A stretch of 63,139 nt of DNA, counting the filler, from Octopus bimaculoides (taxonomy: Eukaryota): NCBI RefSeq assembly GCF_001194135.2. It is 7 parts of 5 records of this genome, joined end to end, with 100 filler letters (N's around TTAATTAATTAA, not from the genome) between each part and the next. Parts side by side here need not be neighbours in the genome. Positions count along the whole stretch, not along the records: positions 37,705 to 42,954 come from NC_068986.1; positions 43,055 to 49,166 come from NC_068981.1; positions 49,267 to 59,424 come from NC_068986.1; 4 more parts are not named here. One strand, given 5' to 3'. Positions 37,605 to 49,596 of the stretch are shown piece after piece. Below the pieces are notes generated by a model. That model saw nothing but the letters and a program-made list of their open reading frames with translations, was not told the DNA's origin and searched no databases. Positions within the stretch are counted from its first letter, which is position 1; the number at the start of each line of letters is the position of its first letter. The translations under genes were made by a program, and so were the position numbers.

Positions 37605-37729
37605 NNNNNNNNNNNNNNNNNNNNNNNNNNNNNNNNNNNNNNNNNNNNTTAATTAATTAANNNNNNNNNNNNNNNNNNNNNNNNNNNNNNNNNNNNNNNN
37701 NNNNTATATATACATATATATATATATAG

Positions 37730-39010
37730 CAGGTCATCCCATACGTTCGGTCTTGAATAAAGAAAACAAATTATCAAATTTTATATTTAATTGAAATTAA
37801 ATCATCAATGTACTTTTCCTGATTATGTATGACTTCCTTCCATCTATTTACAAGCTTTTTAATCCCATCAATATAACACTATTTTGCTTTCAAAGCGAAG
37901 AACTCTCAAATGTCAGTTTCGACCTCCTCCTGTCTTGCGAAATTTATGTCCCCAAATGATTCTGTAAACTACGAAACAAACGGTAGTCTGAACGAGTAAT
38001 TTTGTGAGAATAAGTTGGATGAGGAATTTTTTCCCAACTAAGCTCTTCGATCTTCTGTGATGTGAAGTTTGCAGTGTGGGGTCGCGCATTGTCCTGCTGA
38101 ATCATCACTCCTTTTCGATTCACTAAAGCGGGTCTGTTTTTTTTCTTTAAAGCTTGGTTCAAACGCTCTAATTGCTGACAGTACACTTGAGCATTACTTA
38201 TTCCATTAGGCGGTAACAGTTCAAAGTGAATTACTCCTTTGCAATCCCACTAGATAGAGAGAAGAATCGTTTTTCCAACTAGTTCCCATCTCGGTTGTCA
38301 ATGAGCTTTTTTCCCTTTTACCAAGCCACAATTTACGGTGTTTAACATTTCGGTAGAAGCTCCATTTTTCGTCACCAGTCATAAGTCTATACAAAAAGGG
38401 GGAAATGAGTTCGCGAGAATGGAGAAAAGAGCCGATGTCAACTCGGGATTTGCGGTTGCTTTCGGACAATTCATGAGGCACCCATTTTCCAAGTTTAGGA
38501 ACCTTTTCAAATCGTTGAAGATGACGATGAACAGTTACCTGGTTTGAACTAAGCTTTATTGCCAATTCTTCTACTGATAATGTAGGATTTTCTTCAAGTA
38601 ATGCCTCAAGGAGCTTATCATCAAACTCAACTGGACATCCTGTTCGATCTTCATCTTCAAGGCTGAAATCTTCACTTCCGTATTTTGCAAACCATTTACT
38701 GCAAAGTCTTTCATTCAAGCATTATTTCCCATAAACTGAGTGTAAGTTTCGAGTCACTTCAGCTGCAGAGTTTCCGTTTTGTACTCATAAAATATTACGT
38801 ACCTTAAATGCTCTTTGGACACTTCCATGTTAGAAAGGGTTTTAACCAAAGAAATTTTAATTCTATTATTCTGTAAAATAACATTTAATTAGTCTAACTG
38901 CACAAAATGCATAAATATAATTTTAAATTCCATTAGACATTCTAAAACACTATTAAATTTCATTCAATTTGAAAAAAGCTAAAATCGGACAAAAATTATG
39001 GGATGACCTG
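37730..39010 (-). mobile_element. Full-length but inactivated mariner (DD34D) transposon
   Basis: TIRs CAGGTCATCCCATA.. at both ends, ~1.28 kb, TA flanks, WVPHEL and TGDEKW motifs, QDNARPH-x-SDY with 34 residues between the Asp residues. Confidence 0.95.
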
Positions 39011-40119
39011 ATATATCATGATAATAAATTAAGCAAAAATATTCCATTTGATGAAAGATAAAAGTTTAATAAATACGATACATGTGCTACTGTTTGTTTC
39101 ATGCGCTGAGAGCAAGCCAGACAGTATATTTTAAGACAGCTGGTATCCTAGCGCAATCATCAGGCACATGAGCATAACGAACTAATGATGGGATGATAAG
39201 ATGATAGAAAAACGGAGTAAAGGCGAGAAAGCAGTAGGTCTATTTATATCTACTTCAGATCTTGGAATCGAGAACGTTTAAAGGGGAATATTTAGTAGTA
39301 GAACTAAGAATATTTGACCTATATAGAGTGTAAGGAAGTTATTTCAGGAGAGCTACTTGGGAATTATATTCATTAGATCATTCCAGAAATGTAATACAAT
39401 ACTTAATTTCCTAAATTTCACCCGTCAACTTGAAGAATATTTATGGCATAAATTCATAATGTGTTTAAACTATAACTGACTGATTCAATTAAGGAGAGGA
39501 GGAATATTGAATAAAGATTTTCAGTAGTTAATAATAAAATCACAATGAAAATGACATTTGATCAGTATAAAATGAAAATATGAACTATGTGCAAACGGAA
39601 AGAGATGTTAATAAGAATTCTAAAGGAAAGTATCCGATGTATTATTTATCAAGGAACATATTCTATTTCACAAAAAAATATTTTCCTTACAAGAATAAGC
39701 AGAGCGATATAAAATAATTTTAATATAATTATGTTAGATAAAGATATAAATGTTAAGATAAATATTAACTACAATGATGTTTTAAAAATAAAATAAAATA
39801 TATTAACAGGGAACTTTAAAAATGAAATATAAACTAATTACAACAATTAAAATTAATAATTAAGCTATCCGAGTACAGTATTTTCAAAGAAATTAAATTG
39901 TATTAATGGTCTAAATTTTGGGCAGACGACCAAAAGTTTCGAGAAAGGGGCTGACCGATTACACTGAAACCAGTGACCAGGCCTTATTTATTTTATTCAT
40001 CCCGATAGTGACATGTTACGTCAATCTCAGCGGATGGTCAACGCAGAGTATACAGATGGACGAATTACCACTAAGCATTTTACCAGGTGTGCTAAGAGTT
40101 CTGCTGGCGTAAAAATCAA

Positions 40120-40141
40120 AATATTAATAATAATAACAATG

Positions 40142-40216
<75 letters not shown>

Positions 40217-40217
40217 T
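40120..40217. repeat. (AAT)n microsatellite, followed by a dispersed-repeat-like body at 40218-40451
   Basis: Direct reading. The class of the body is not determined. Confidence 0.8.
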
Positions 40218-40659
40218 CCCGGATGCAGTACCAGGCAGTGGCTCTCATGGCTTCTGATCTTAATTGATTGGAAGTGTTATCATGTACATTGCTTTTCTTG
40301 GTATAAGAAGATGCGCTACAGCAAATATTCTGCTCAATACCACAGATTTGCTTGTCAGTTATTTGACCGTAACCAGTTGAGCATGTCCCTTGGTGGCTGA
40401 CGATATGTGCATATCTGATCACGAGCAGAAGTAGTGGGGGAGCATCATAGCNNNNNNNNNNNNNNNNNNNNNNNNNNNNNNNNNNNNNNNNNNNNNNNNN
40501 NNNNNNNNNNNNNNNNNNNNNNNNNNNNNNNNNNNNNNNNNNNNNNNNNNNNNNNNNNNNNNNNNNNNNNNNNNNNNNNNNNNNNNNNNNNNNNNNNNNN
40601 NNNNNNNNNNNNNNNNNNNNNNNNNNNNNNNNNNNNNNNNNNNNNNNNNNNNNNNNNNN

Positions 40660-40717
40660 AAGAAGAAGAAGAAGAAGAAGAAGAAGAAGAAGAAGAAGAA
40701 GAAGAAGAAGAAGAAGA

Positions 40718-40774
<57 letters not shown>

Positions 40775-40795
40775 GTTGTTGTTGTTGTTGTTGTT
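40660..40795. repeat. Compound microsatellite (GAA)n(TTA)n(TTG)n
   Basis: Direct reading. Confidence 0.95.
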
Positions 40796-41621
40796 TCTGT
40801 TATCTGCAACCAGGGTAAAGGATGAGGGGGCAGTACAATGCCAGGCATTAAGGGATGGGGTTTACATATAATGTATAGAAAGTATATACAGTTTACAATA
40901 AGACAGAGAAGGGAAACATACATAATATACAATAGCATGTTTTAACATATATTCATTTCTTTTACTTGATATGCTAGATTTCGATATAAGGATATGCTGT
41001 GTCTCCTCGAAGCATTATATGCTAGTGAGCTACTTATAACAGACTATTTCATAACGTACCTATCATTTCTCTCTTCAAGTCTCCGTACAAATATTACTTA
41101 CAGATGTGCAGTTTTCTTTTTCCAATGTTTGAACGTCGAAGTAACGTGATTATATCTTCTGGCTTTAAAGGTTGTTACGCAGGCCCGCATATAATAGTAA
41201 GTACATTCTCCTGCTGCTACTGAACATTTATAAACTTAATCATTGGTTAGCTAATGGGCGCTTTAAGAGATTTTCCAATTACATAAGCGGCTAGGCCTTA
41301 TTATTGAACGATTTTTCGTCCAAAGATTTTCTATTACTTCTACTGTCAGTAATATCTTTTCCATCACATCTGTATTCTGCTGTGATAGATTCGTTTTTTC
41401 ACATACTCTCTCTATTGAAACAAGATGTTTGAAATTCATTAAAGATAACCTAAGTTTTCATAGTTTTATATATATTGTTATCATTACCACCATTATCATT
41501 ATCATTATTATTACAATTCAGATTATCATAATTACTATTTCTTTTATTGTTGTTGTTGCTACCATTGTAATTATCACAATTGTCATCATTTATTGTTACT
41601 ACCAACCTTATTACTATTATT

Positions 41622-41844
41622 ACAAGGATTGGATGCATAATTATTGCGGCTTTTATTCAACAGATTTTATTCAACATATACAATAAAAATATTTAAAACA
41701 TAAATATGGGAAGCGGTAAATGAAGTAGATGGTGAATATGCTCCGTAATAATCATTTAAAGATGTTTTTGTTACATGTTACTATAGGTTTTTAAGTAAAA
41801 TTTGTTGAAAAAAAAAGCCGCAATAATTATGCACCAACCCAATA
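41622..41844. mobile_element. Mariner-type MITE (~220 bp)
   Basis: Inverted termini TGCATAATTATTGCGGCTTTT / AAAAGCCGCAATAATTATGCACCAACCCAATA, no ORF, TA at the right end. Confidence 0.85.
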
Positions 41845-42504
41845 GAATTATGCACTAATATAATTTCAGTCTTGTTTCTCGCAGTCGAATAGACAAACTA
41901 TACTGTACGCCTGTTAAATAGCTTACAACATTTACTTGATGATTTGAAATGCTTGTTTAGAACCATGAAAATTGTGTTGCTATTTAGGCCCCTTCTGATG
42001 CATTTTACGATGCAATCTATCTCGTGCGAGTTAATGCTTTCATACTTAATATTATAGTTACTGTTTCTTACCATATCTCGATATGTATACTTATTAATTC
42101 AAAGGTTAGGAGAACCTTAGCCAATGTCAGTTTGAGTTCATTGTTTTTATTATTCTTAATACTGAAGTTAAATTGAAATATTTCTCATTTTGTTTAAATA
42201 GCTTTGCTGAAAGTTTAGAGAACCTAAGGGAGATCGCGTCTCCACACAACACTTTATAATAGTTTTTGAATGAATGCATCTTCAACCCCTCTCTCTGAGG
42301 CTTCTCTTTTTCTAACAAATCTTAGTCGATCAAATATGGGATCGATGAATATAAAGAAATATTGCATAGCAGAATTTTGCCAAGCAAACCTATGAGAAAG
42401 GTCCGTATACGAATTAAAGAATGTATAATTCTTCATTTTTGTTCTATTTCTATCCACTGTGAAGTTATACTAAACTTATCTTGTACCATAAATTCAAACT
42501 TGGA

Positions 42505-42880
42505 AACTGGATAGACGGCCGGTGTGGATAACGATGTCTGGGAAACTTACGCAGTCACGTTTGATCCCTATTTTATTTTTTTCTGTATGCGCCCTTTTAA
42601 AGCCTTATCGGACTCATGGGCCTAGTTTCCCGGTATCTATGGCGTATGTGTTCAGCACCAGCTGGACGGGACGCCAGTCCATCGCAGCTTTACTCAAGAA
42701 AGGGTGAGACAAAGTTGGGTCGAGACAGTACAACAGGAGCCGCCCCTCCCTGCAACAGCCTCGTGGAGCTTTAGGTGTTTTCGCTCAATAAACACACACG
42801 AGGCCCGGTCTGGGAATCGAAACCGCGATCCACCGACCGTGACTCTGCTGTCATAACCACTGGGCCATTGCACCTCAACT
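42505..42880 (-). mobile_element. tRNA-derived SINE (family C-like head)
   Basis: Minus strand TGGCCCAGTGGTTATGAC...CGGTTTCGATTCCCAGACC. Confidence 0.7.
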
Positions 42881-43054
42881 TGATCCCTATTGGTTATAAA
42901 ATATCCGGCTAGAGATTTAGATCTATTTTTCTTATGCATACACACACACACACANNNNNNNNNNNNNNNNNNNNNNNNNNNNNNNNNNNNNNNNNNNNTT
43001 AATTAATTAANNNNNNNNNNNNNNNNNNNNNNNNNNNNNNNNNNNNNNNNNNNN

Positions 43055-43315
43055 AGGGGATGGTGGCGAACCCTGCTGTACTCTTCCACCACAACTTTTT
43101 CTCACTCTTACTTCCTGTTTTTGTTATGCCTGTAATTGAAAGGATCAGCCTTGTCACACTGTGTCACGCTGAATATCCCCGAGAACTACGTTAAGTGTAC
43201 ACGTGTCTGTGGAGTGCTCAGCCACTTGCACGTTAATTTCACGAGCAGGCTGTTTCGTTGATCGGATCAACTGGAACCCTCGACGTCGTAAGCGACGGAG
43301 TGCCAACAACAACGT
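43055..43315 (+). mobile_element. SINE-like body/tail ending in (CAA)n
   Basis: GC-richer repeat-like sequence next to a gap, with a simple-repeat tail. The head is lost in the gap. Confidence 0.5.
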
Positions 43316-44249
43316 TACCACCTACGAATCTACATCCTATTCACCTTTACTTGTTCTTTAATCTTCCCTTACCTTGTCCTGCAGTCATTGGATGAATGCG
43401 GGCGTGTGTACGCACTCGAATGCCTGTTTTGTCCCTTCCTGATAGCCACATCTTCGCAGTCTCCGTTTCAGTTGTGCATATCACGTCTTACGTCCTTTAT
43501 AGTGTTTACAGATCGTTGAACAACAGTCATGATGGCAGCAATTTAACAGCTGACACGAATCATCATGACACAAGTAACTCTTTTCCAATGTTCAGATGAC
43601 ATTTAATCCACCACATGAGCAAGCTTCTTCTCAAGTATAGCTTTAATTTTTATGCCCTCCAACGTCGTTGACTGTTCCTCCAATGCATCAAGCTGTTCCT
43701 AAAAAGAGGGAGACATAAAAATTCGTTAAATCTGAGACCAAACACTCCGTATATAAAGAAAACTTACGAAGAATATACACATATATGTATAGATGTATAC
43801 TTTTTGTTTCATTATTTTTAGATTTATGTTTATATTCGTTATAGTCTATCCTTGTTTTTCTCTTTATGTGAATGTGCTTATATATTACTTGTTTTTTTTT
43901 TATATATGCATCATTGTTACATATCTGTTAGCATTCACTGTCTTCATAAGTTTGACTTTATAAGCTCATTTATCTTAACAACAGCGCCTAATCGCGTATT
44001 ATTTGTTTTATTTTTTATTTGTACTCTTGCCACCCTGGTACCGGAATTTCAACTTCATTACTTCGTATTGAAGGCTTTCATTTCATTTACTCCCTCTACT
44101 CCCTTCCCTCGTGCCTATTTTCTTTCTTTAAAAAAAAATACCCGCGTTAAAACACACCATTTCCTCTCTAGTGTAGCTGGCTGAAAATGAATTTCATTGG
44201 TCACTTAACCAAAATTTGTATCTACCCACCATTCTTCCCTGGGTGGAGT

Positions 44250-44634
44250 TAATAAATTCTTCATTTTTCTCCTTGCCACAATAACTTGTGATCCACAGAT
44301 AACGGTACCTGAACAAAAGTCAAGCTAAATAAATAGGTTATGCCTTTGAGTTACGTATCACATGTCTGCATTTCTAAGAAACATATATAATACGGGTTTA
44401 CCTTCTCCATTCCATACACCTGTCAATTTATAATCACATAATTAGCAATTTTTGATGCTAAACAGTCATTTCATTGAAATCTTCATCCAATTCGACATGG
44501 GACGAAATGTATAACATATGGTGATAGATAAACATTTTTAACCGAGTATCATTTACTTTATGTCGTCTATACAAACAACATATAAGCTTGATGTTAACGG
44601 CCTCTCTACCAAGAAGGTAATTTTAAATCGCACT

Positions 44635-44679
<45 letters not shown>

Positions 44680-44983
44680 NNNNNNNNNNNNNNNNNNNNN
44701 NNNNNNNNNNNNNNNNNNNNNNNNNNNNNNNNNNNNNNNNNNNNNNNNNNNNNNNNNNNNNNNNNNNNNNNNNNNNNNNNNNNNNNNNNNNNNNNNNNNN
44801 NNNNNNNNNNNNNNNNNNNNNNNNNNNNNNNNNNNNNNNNNNNNNNNNNNNNNNNNNNNNNNNNNNNNNNNNNNNNNNNNNNNNNNNNNNNNNNNNNNNN
44901 NNNNNNNNNNNNNNNNNNNNNNNNNNNNNNNNNNNNNNNNNNNNNNNNNNNNNNNNNNNNNNNNNNNNNNNNNNNNNNNNNNN

Positions 44984-45029
<46 letters not shown>

Positions 45030-45466
45030 TACATGCATATATACATGCATATATACATGCATATATACATACATACATACGTACATACATATATGCATTC
45101 ATTCAAGCATACGTACTTACATATATATACACAGACACACACGTACGTATCATAACTACGTATATATGTGTGATTGTATGCCAAGAGGGGATGGAAAATT
45201 TACCGATTGAGTGAATAAATGCTGACAACAGTCAAATTTATTGTAGAATCGGTCTAGTCTGCGATTATATATTTCATCTTCCATACTATCCAATTAATCT
45301 GATTCTATAAGACATCTAGCGATGCATAAATTATGAAATCTCAATTAATATGAAGTTTATCATGTTTGTACATGTAAGTGCGTGTGTGTGCGCGCGCGCG
45401 CACCCATACGTGTTTGCGAGTGTGTATACGCACACACAGACACACACACACTCACTTACACACACA

Positions 45467-45510
<44 letters not shown>

Positions 45511-46000
45511 TTATATATATATATATATATCTTTTAAATTTATTATAATAACGTTCTGAATATGCAAATGACGTTCCTGCCGGCCACAGTGTAATGATGC
45601 TGTTTAATAAAGCGTCTGCTGGTCTTCTAATGTTTCTCACTGGTGGACCAGTTTTTGGGGGTTTCATCGAGTTGTACCGATATAATGCAGGATAAATATA
45701 ATAATGATAATAATCCTTGGCTGGAATTTATAAACATTTAATGCTTCGCTACGCGCGTTTCCAGAGCTCATGTCTATCTTAAGATCACAGGCGGTGTTTC
45801 TAGGATGATGATATTGTAGTCTGTTGTATCTATGGGCATTGGGTTGATCATCTTCCTGGATTCATTTCTTCGGGCTATATAACATTAATGGATGTACAAC
45901 GGATGGACGCTTATCCCCTTTGACCAGCATGAAAGTTGACTGAATTATATGATACAACGAACAAAACTGTAATCATTCCAGGAATACGGACAGTGGTCCT
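44250..46000 (-). mobile_element. Ancient Penelope-like RT remnants split by a gap and microsatellites
   Basis: KPPKTGPPVRNI (cf. HKP..P.RPI), NYVIIN*QVY and a YRY..D..LWQGEK-like segment. Very degraded. Confidence 0.35.
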
Positions 46001-46066
46001 AAGAGACATGTGATATGTAGAAACGTGCATAGCGATACATTAAACGTTTATAAATTCCAACCCAGG

Positions 46067-46129
<63 letters not shown>

Positions 46130-47170
46130 GTCTTTGCACAGCTTCTAACGATCGAGATGTTCTATAGTGTCAGCTGTTCACTACCAGTGAATTAAGGTAA
46201 CACCTCTAATTTTTCGAGCACCATTCGGAGTATTCGAGCGGTTCAAAGTAGTGCTGTTTTCTGCAAGTTCTCCACCCTTATTGCAGCCCCTATTTGATCT
46301 ATGTACTTCTCAAGGGATCCGACAATTACTGGTACTACTACCACATTTTTCAGCGACCACAACTGCTTAACCTCCCAAGCTAACCCGTTATATCTGTCAA
46401 CTTTTCTTTCTTCCTTATCGCATACCTTATTGTCAGCTGGACATGCTATATCTATGATCCAGCATCGTTTGCTTTCTTTCTCAATTAACACTATGTCTGG
46501 TTTCCTAAAATTCCATAGGATCTTTGTATTATCATTTTCGATGATGCCTTCGGGTTTATGCTCGTACAACGTTTTTGCTCTGTCAAGTTCATAGTTGTTG
46601 CAAAGTGTCCGATGGACAATCCTTGCTATGTTGTCTAGACGTCTCTTATATTCTTTCTGGTCTAGTGGCGTACATTGACTGGTAATATGCCATACGGTTT
46701 CACTATTTTTCCTATGTGTTGCCTATTCTGTATTTGATGTAATTGCTTCTTAATGCTTGCTCTTTGGTAGCACACATTAGAACCTCCATTTCCCCAAAGC
46801 CATCTTTTGTCTCTATCTGCCTTATCTTCAACATCCCCATGAAATTTTCCATGCATTCTTTCCTTTATCCACCTATTTTGAGTTTCATTCACTCTCAAGT
46901 GCTTGTACAGTACTTTATCTTTGCAATCTTCCAACCTACACAGATCTTACCTTCTTACTTCCAATAATAGCGGTTCTGTGGCATTTTTTACATACCATTC
47001 TATGTTGTTTTCTTCTGTTCTAATCCTGTGTTCGCATCCAATCACTCCGCTTCCTTCTCTTTTTCTTGGTACATAGAGTCTGCGTGCTTCACTTTTTGGG
47101 CGGAGTATCCTATATCTAGTCAGCAACTTCCTTGTCTTTCTATCTAAGCTGTTTAGTTCGTCTACTGTGT
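46067..47170 (-). mobile_element. R4/Dong-like LINE 3' end with restriction-like endonuclease and (TAA)21 tail
   Basis: RRLYVPRKREGSG, RKPDIVLIEK..IIDIACPAD....EERKVDRY..L (PD-(D/E)xK type), and a short UTR abutting (ATT)n at 46067-46129. Confidence 0.88.
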
Positions 47171-47720
47171 CATCTGCTGATGGTGGTGGAACGTCTGCCG
47201 TGACTGTACAGGCCCACACGGGAGTGATTGCATTTAAAGAAGCTCTCCACATGTGTTACTGACTTTTCCTTTCTTACAGCGCGCTTCACTTGGTGGCATG
47301 TTCGAGTTTCTCTTCTCTTTGCTCCATCCTCTAATGTAGTATTTGTCTCCTGGGTGATCATTTGTATGGACGATCATTTTTGACCGCCTCCCATCTCAGG
47401 ACGTCTAGATCTATTGAGTTCATATATCTCTTGCAGACGTTCTTGAAACGAAGATGAGGTTGTTTTTGGCCAATTCCCGCATATAGAAGGGCTTTTGGAA
47501 TCCTACCATGCGGCATGCGATATACATGATCAAGCTAGCGCATACGGCGCTGCTGGAGCAGGATGAATATGCTGGGTATGTTGGCGCGGTTGAGGACTTC
47601 AGACTGACGAAGAGAGTCTGTGAAAGCAGAAAATTGATCACGATCACCAAGTTTGCTGTTTAAAAGACGTGCGTCGACAGCACACTGATTTACGGATTAG
47701 AGACATGGAGGCTATATGGC
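47170..47720. mobile_element. RTE LINE fragments: - strand 3' end (47170-47560) and + strand RT piece (47560-47720)
   Basis: GRIPKALLY, HLRFKNVCKR and SRVGLYSH on -. KTCVDSTLIYGLETW on +. Confidence 0.7.
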
Positions 47721-47859
47721 ATGGAGGCTAATAATAAAAAGCATAGATATATAAACAAACCGAATAAAATTTTAAATAAAAATAATATCTACTTAATGAA
47801 TAAAAATAATTTTAGTAGTTTAAACAGTAACAAAGCAGATACTATGATAATATGACTTA

Positions 47860-48720
47860 TAATACCATATGCCATTCAAATAAAAACTAATTTAGTGAAA
47901 TATATTTATAGACTAATTAATAAGCATTTCAATATGAATAATAAATATTATGAAATTATTAACAATAAAAAAATAAAGATAGGATATAGTTTAACTCATA
48001 ACTTAGCTACTATTATAGCCTCTATAAATAATAAAAAATTAGATTTATTTTATTCAAATAGAGAATGTATTAATAATAACTCCCCTAATGCCAGGGCTAA
48101 TGTAAAAAATATTAGTAGTAATAATACTAGGTAGGTCATTAATAAACATGATATTATTAAGAAAGATCAGAAATCAGTTACATCTAAAGCCTCTTCTTTA
48201 ACCAATATAAACGATCATTCTTGTAAAACATGTGATTCTAAAATAAAGATAGCTGTATGGTTAAAAACTTATGGAAATTAAAAAATGTAGTGTAAAGTTA
48301 ATACACAAATTGTAAAGTTACAACAATATAAGTGTAAAGTTACCACACAAATTAATAATAAATATATTTATACTGGATCTACTAAAAATGATATGAGGAA
48401 ACGTCTTTAAACACATTTATATACATTTCGGAAAAGGAAGACAGAATTCAACGGGTCTAAGTAAATTCATTTGGGAACTTAAAGATAAACAAATTAATTT
48501 TAATCTCGAATGGGATATCATAGTGACTACACCTAGTTACAACATAAGTAATAAAAAGTGCCCCCTTTGTTTGAATGAGAAATTATTTAATTTAATGGCT
48601 ACATTTCCTTTACTTAACCTGAGGGATGAAAAAATATTATTGTGCCTACATAAAAACAAATATGTATTTACTAGATACAAATGGGTCTTTTTTTATTATA
48701 GCTATAATTAATAAACTGTA
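47860..48720 (+). mobile_element. Penelope-like 3' fragment with GIY-YIG endonuclease
   Basis: LINKHF..KIKIGYS..NLATII, YIYTGSTKN, SKFIWELKDK and KKCPLCLNEKL. Confidence 0.88.
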
Positions 48721-48957
48721 ATTTGATATCTAATAATAGATATCTTTAATTGTTGCAAGGTAAATTGATAACTCATGTAAATATAATTAGAATTATAAGT
48801 AGAATTTAATTAATATTTCCCCATTCTAAAGATGTGAGTATACAGATAGGAACATAATAATGATGTATCTAGGTCCCTATACATAAAACTTTCATATATG
48901 TGTGTGTGTGTCTGCATACATGAATGTGTATATCTGGCTGTAGCTATTTACTTATTT

Positions 48958-49160
48958 CTCCTTTCTTTTTCTCTTTTACTTGTTTCAGTCATTTAACTGC
49001 TGCCATGCTGGAGCACCGACTTTAGTCGAGAAAATCGAACCCCAGGACTTATTCTTTAGAAGCCTAGTACTTATTTTATCAGTCTCTTTTGCCGAACCGC
49101 TAAGTTACGGAGACATAGACACACAAACATATACACACACATACATATACATATATATAA
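48958..49160 (-). mobile_element. SINE family A 3' half (other partial copies: 28620-28715 +, 58675-58900 +, 59120-59400 -)
   Basis: High identity to 16121-16340. Confidence 0.88.
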
Positions 49161-49267
49161 AAGTTTNNNNNNNNNNNNNNNNNNNNNNNNNNNNNNNNNN
49201 NNNNNNNNNNTTAATTAATTAANNNNNNNNNNNNNNNNNNNNNNNNNNNNNNNNNNNNNNNNNNNNA

Positions 49268-49596
49268 GTGCCGCTGAAAGGCCTCACACATTTTGCTTGG
49301 CTCGAGCAGTTCGCGCCCCTGTTCGTCCACCAGAGACCGAATGGTGGCTTTGTTGCCCTGTTGCGCCTCCGCCACCCGGGCCTCTCGCGCGGCTCCAACA
49401 CCTTCGTTTCTTAGAGCACGCATCCTAGCCCTGACAACGCACCCTTCGTGTTTGGCGTTGAAGTGTTGGTCAAGGGCCAACCTCGCCGCCAAAACGTCGG
49501 ATGCGATGCCACTTCTAATTGCCTCTTCTAGCTTCTTAACTAGCTCACCCTCTACTCTGTTTCTGTCTATGGCTAGTGCTTTGCTATACCTAACCG
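49268..49596 (-). mobile_element. L1/Tx1 LINE ORF2 linker fragment
   Basis: LALDQHFNAKHEGCVVRAR..ATIRSLVD..KMCEAF, homologous to 30850-31080. Confidence 0.85.

Noticed and set aside
47591-47620. CTGACGA..GAAA with the hairpin CAGAC/GTCTG
   Set aside because: It lies within RT coding remnant and the hairpin overlaps the core, which is incompatible with a hammerhead fold
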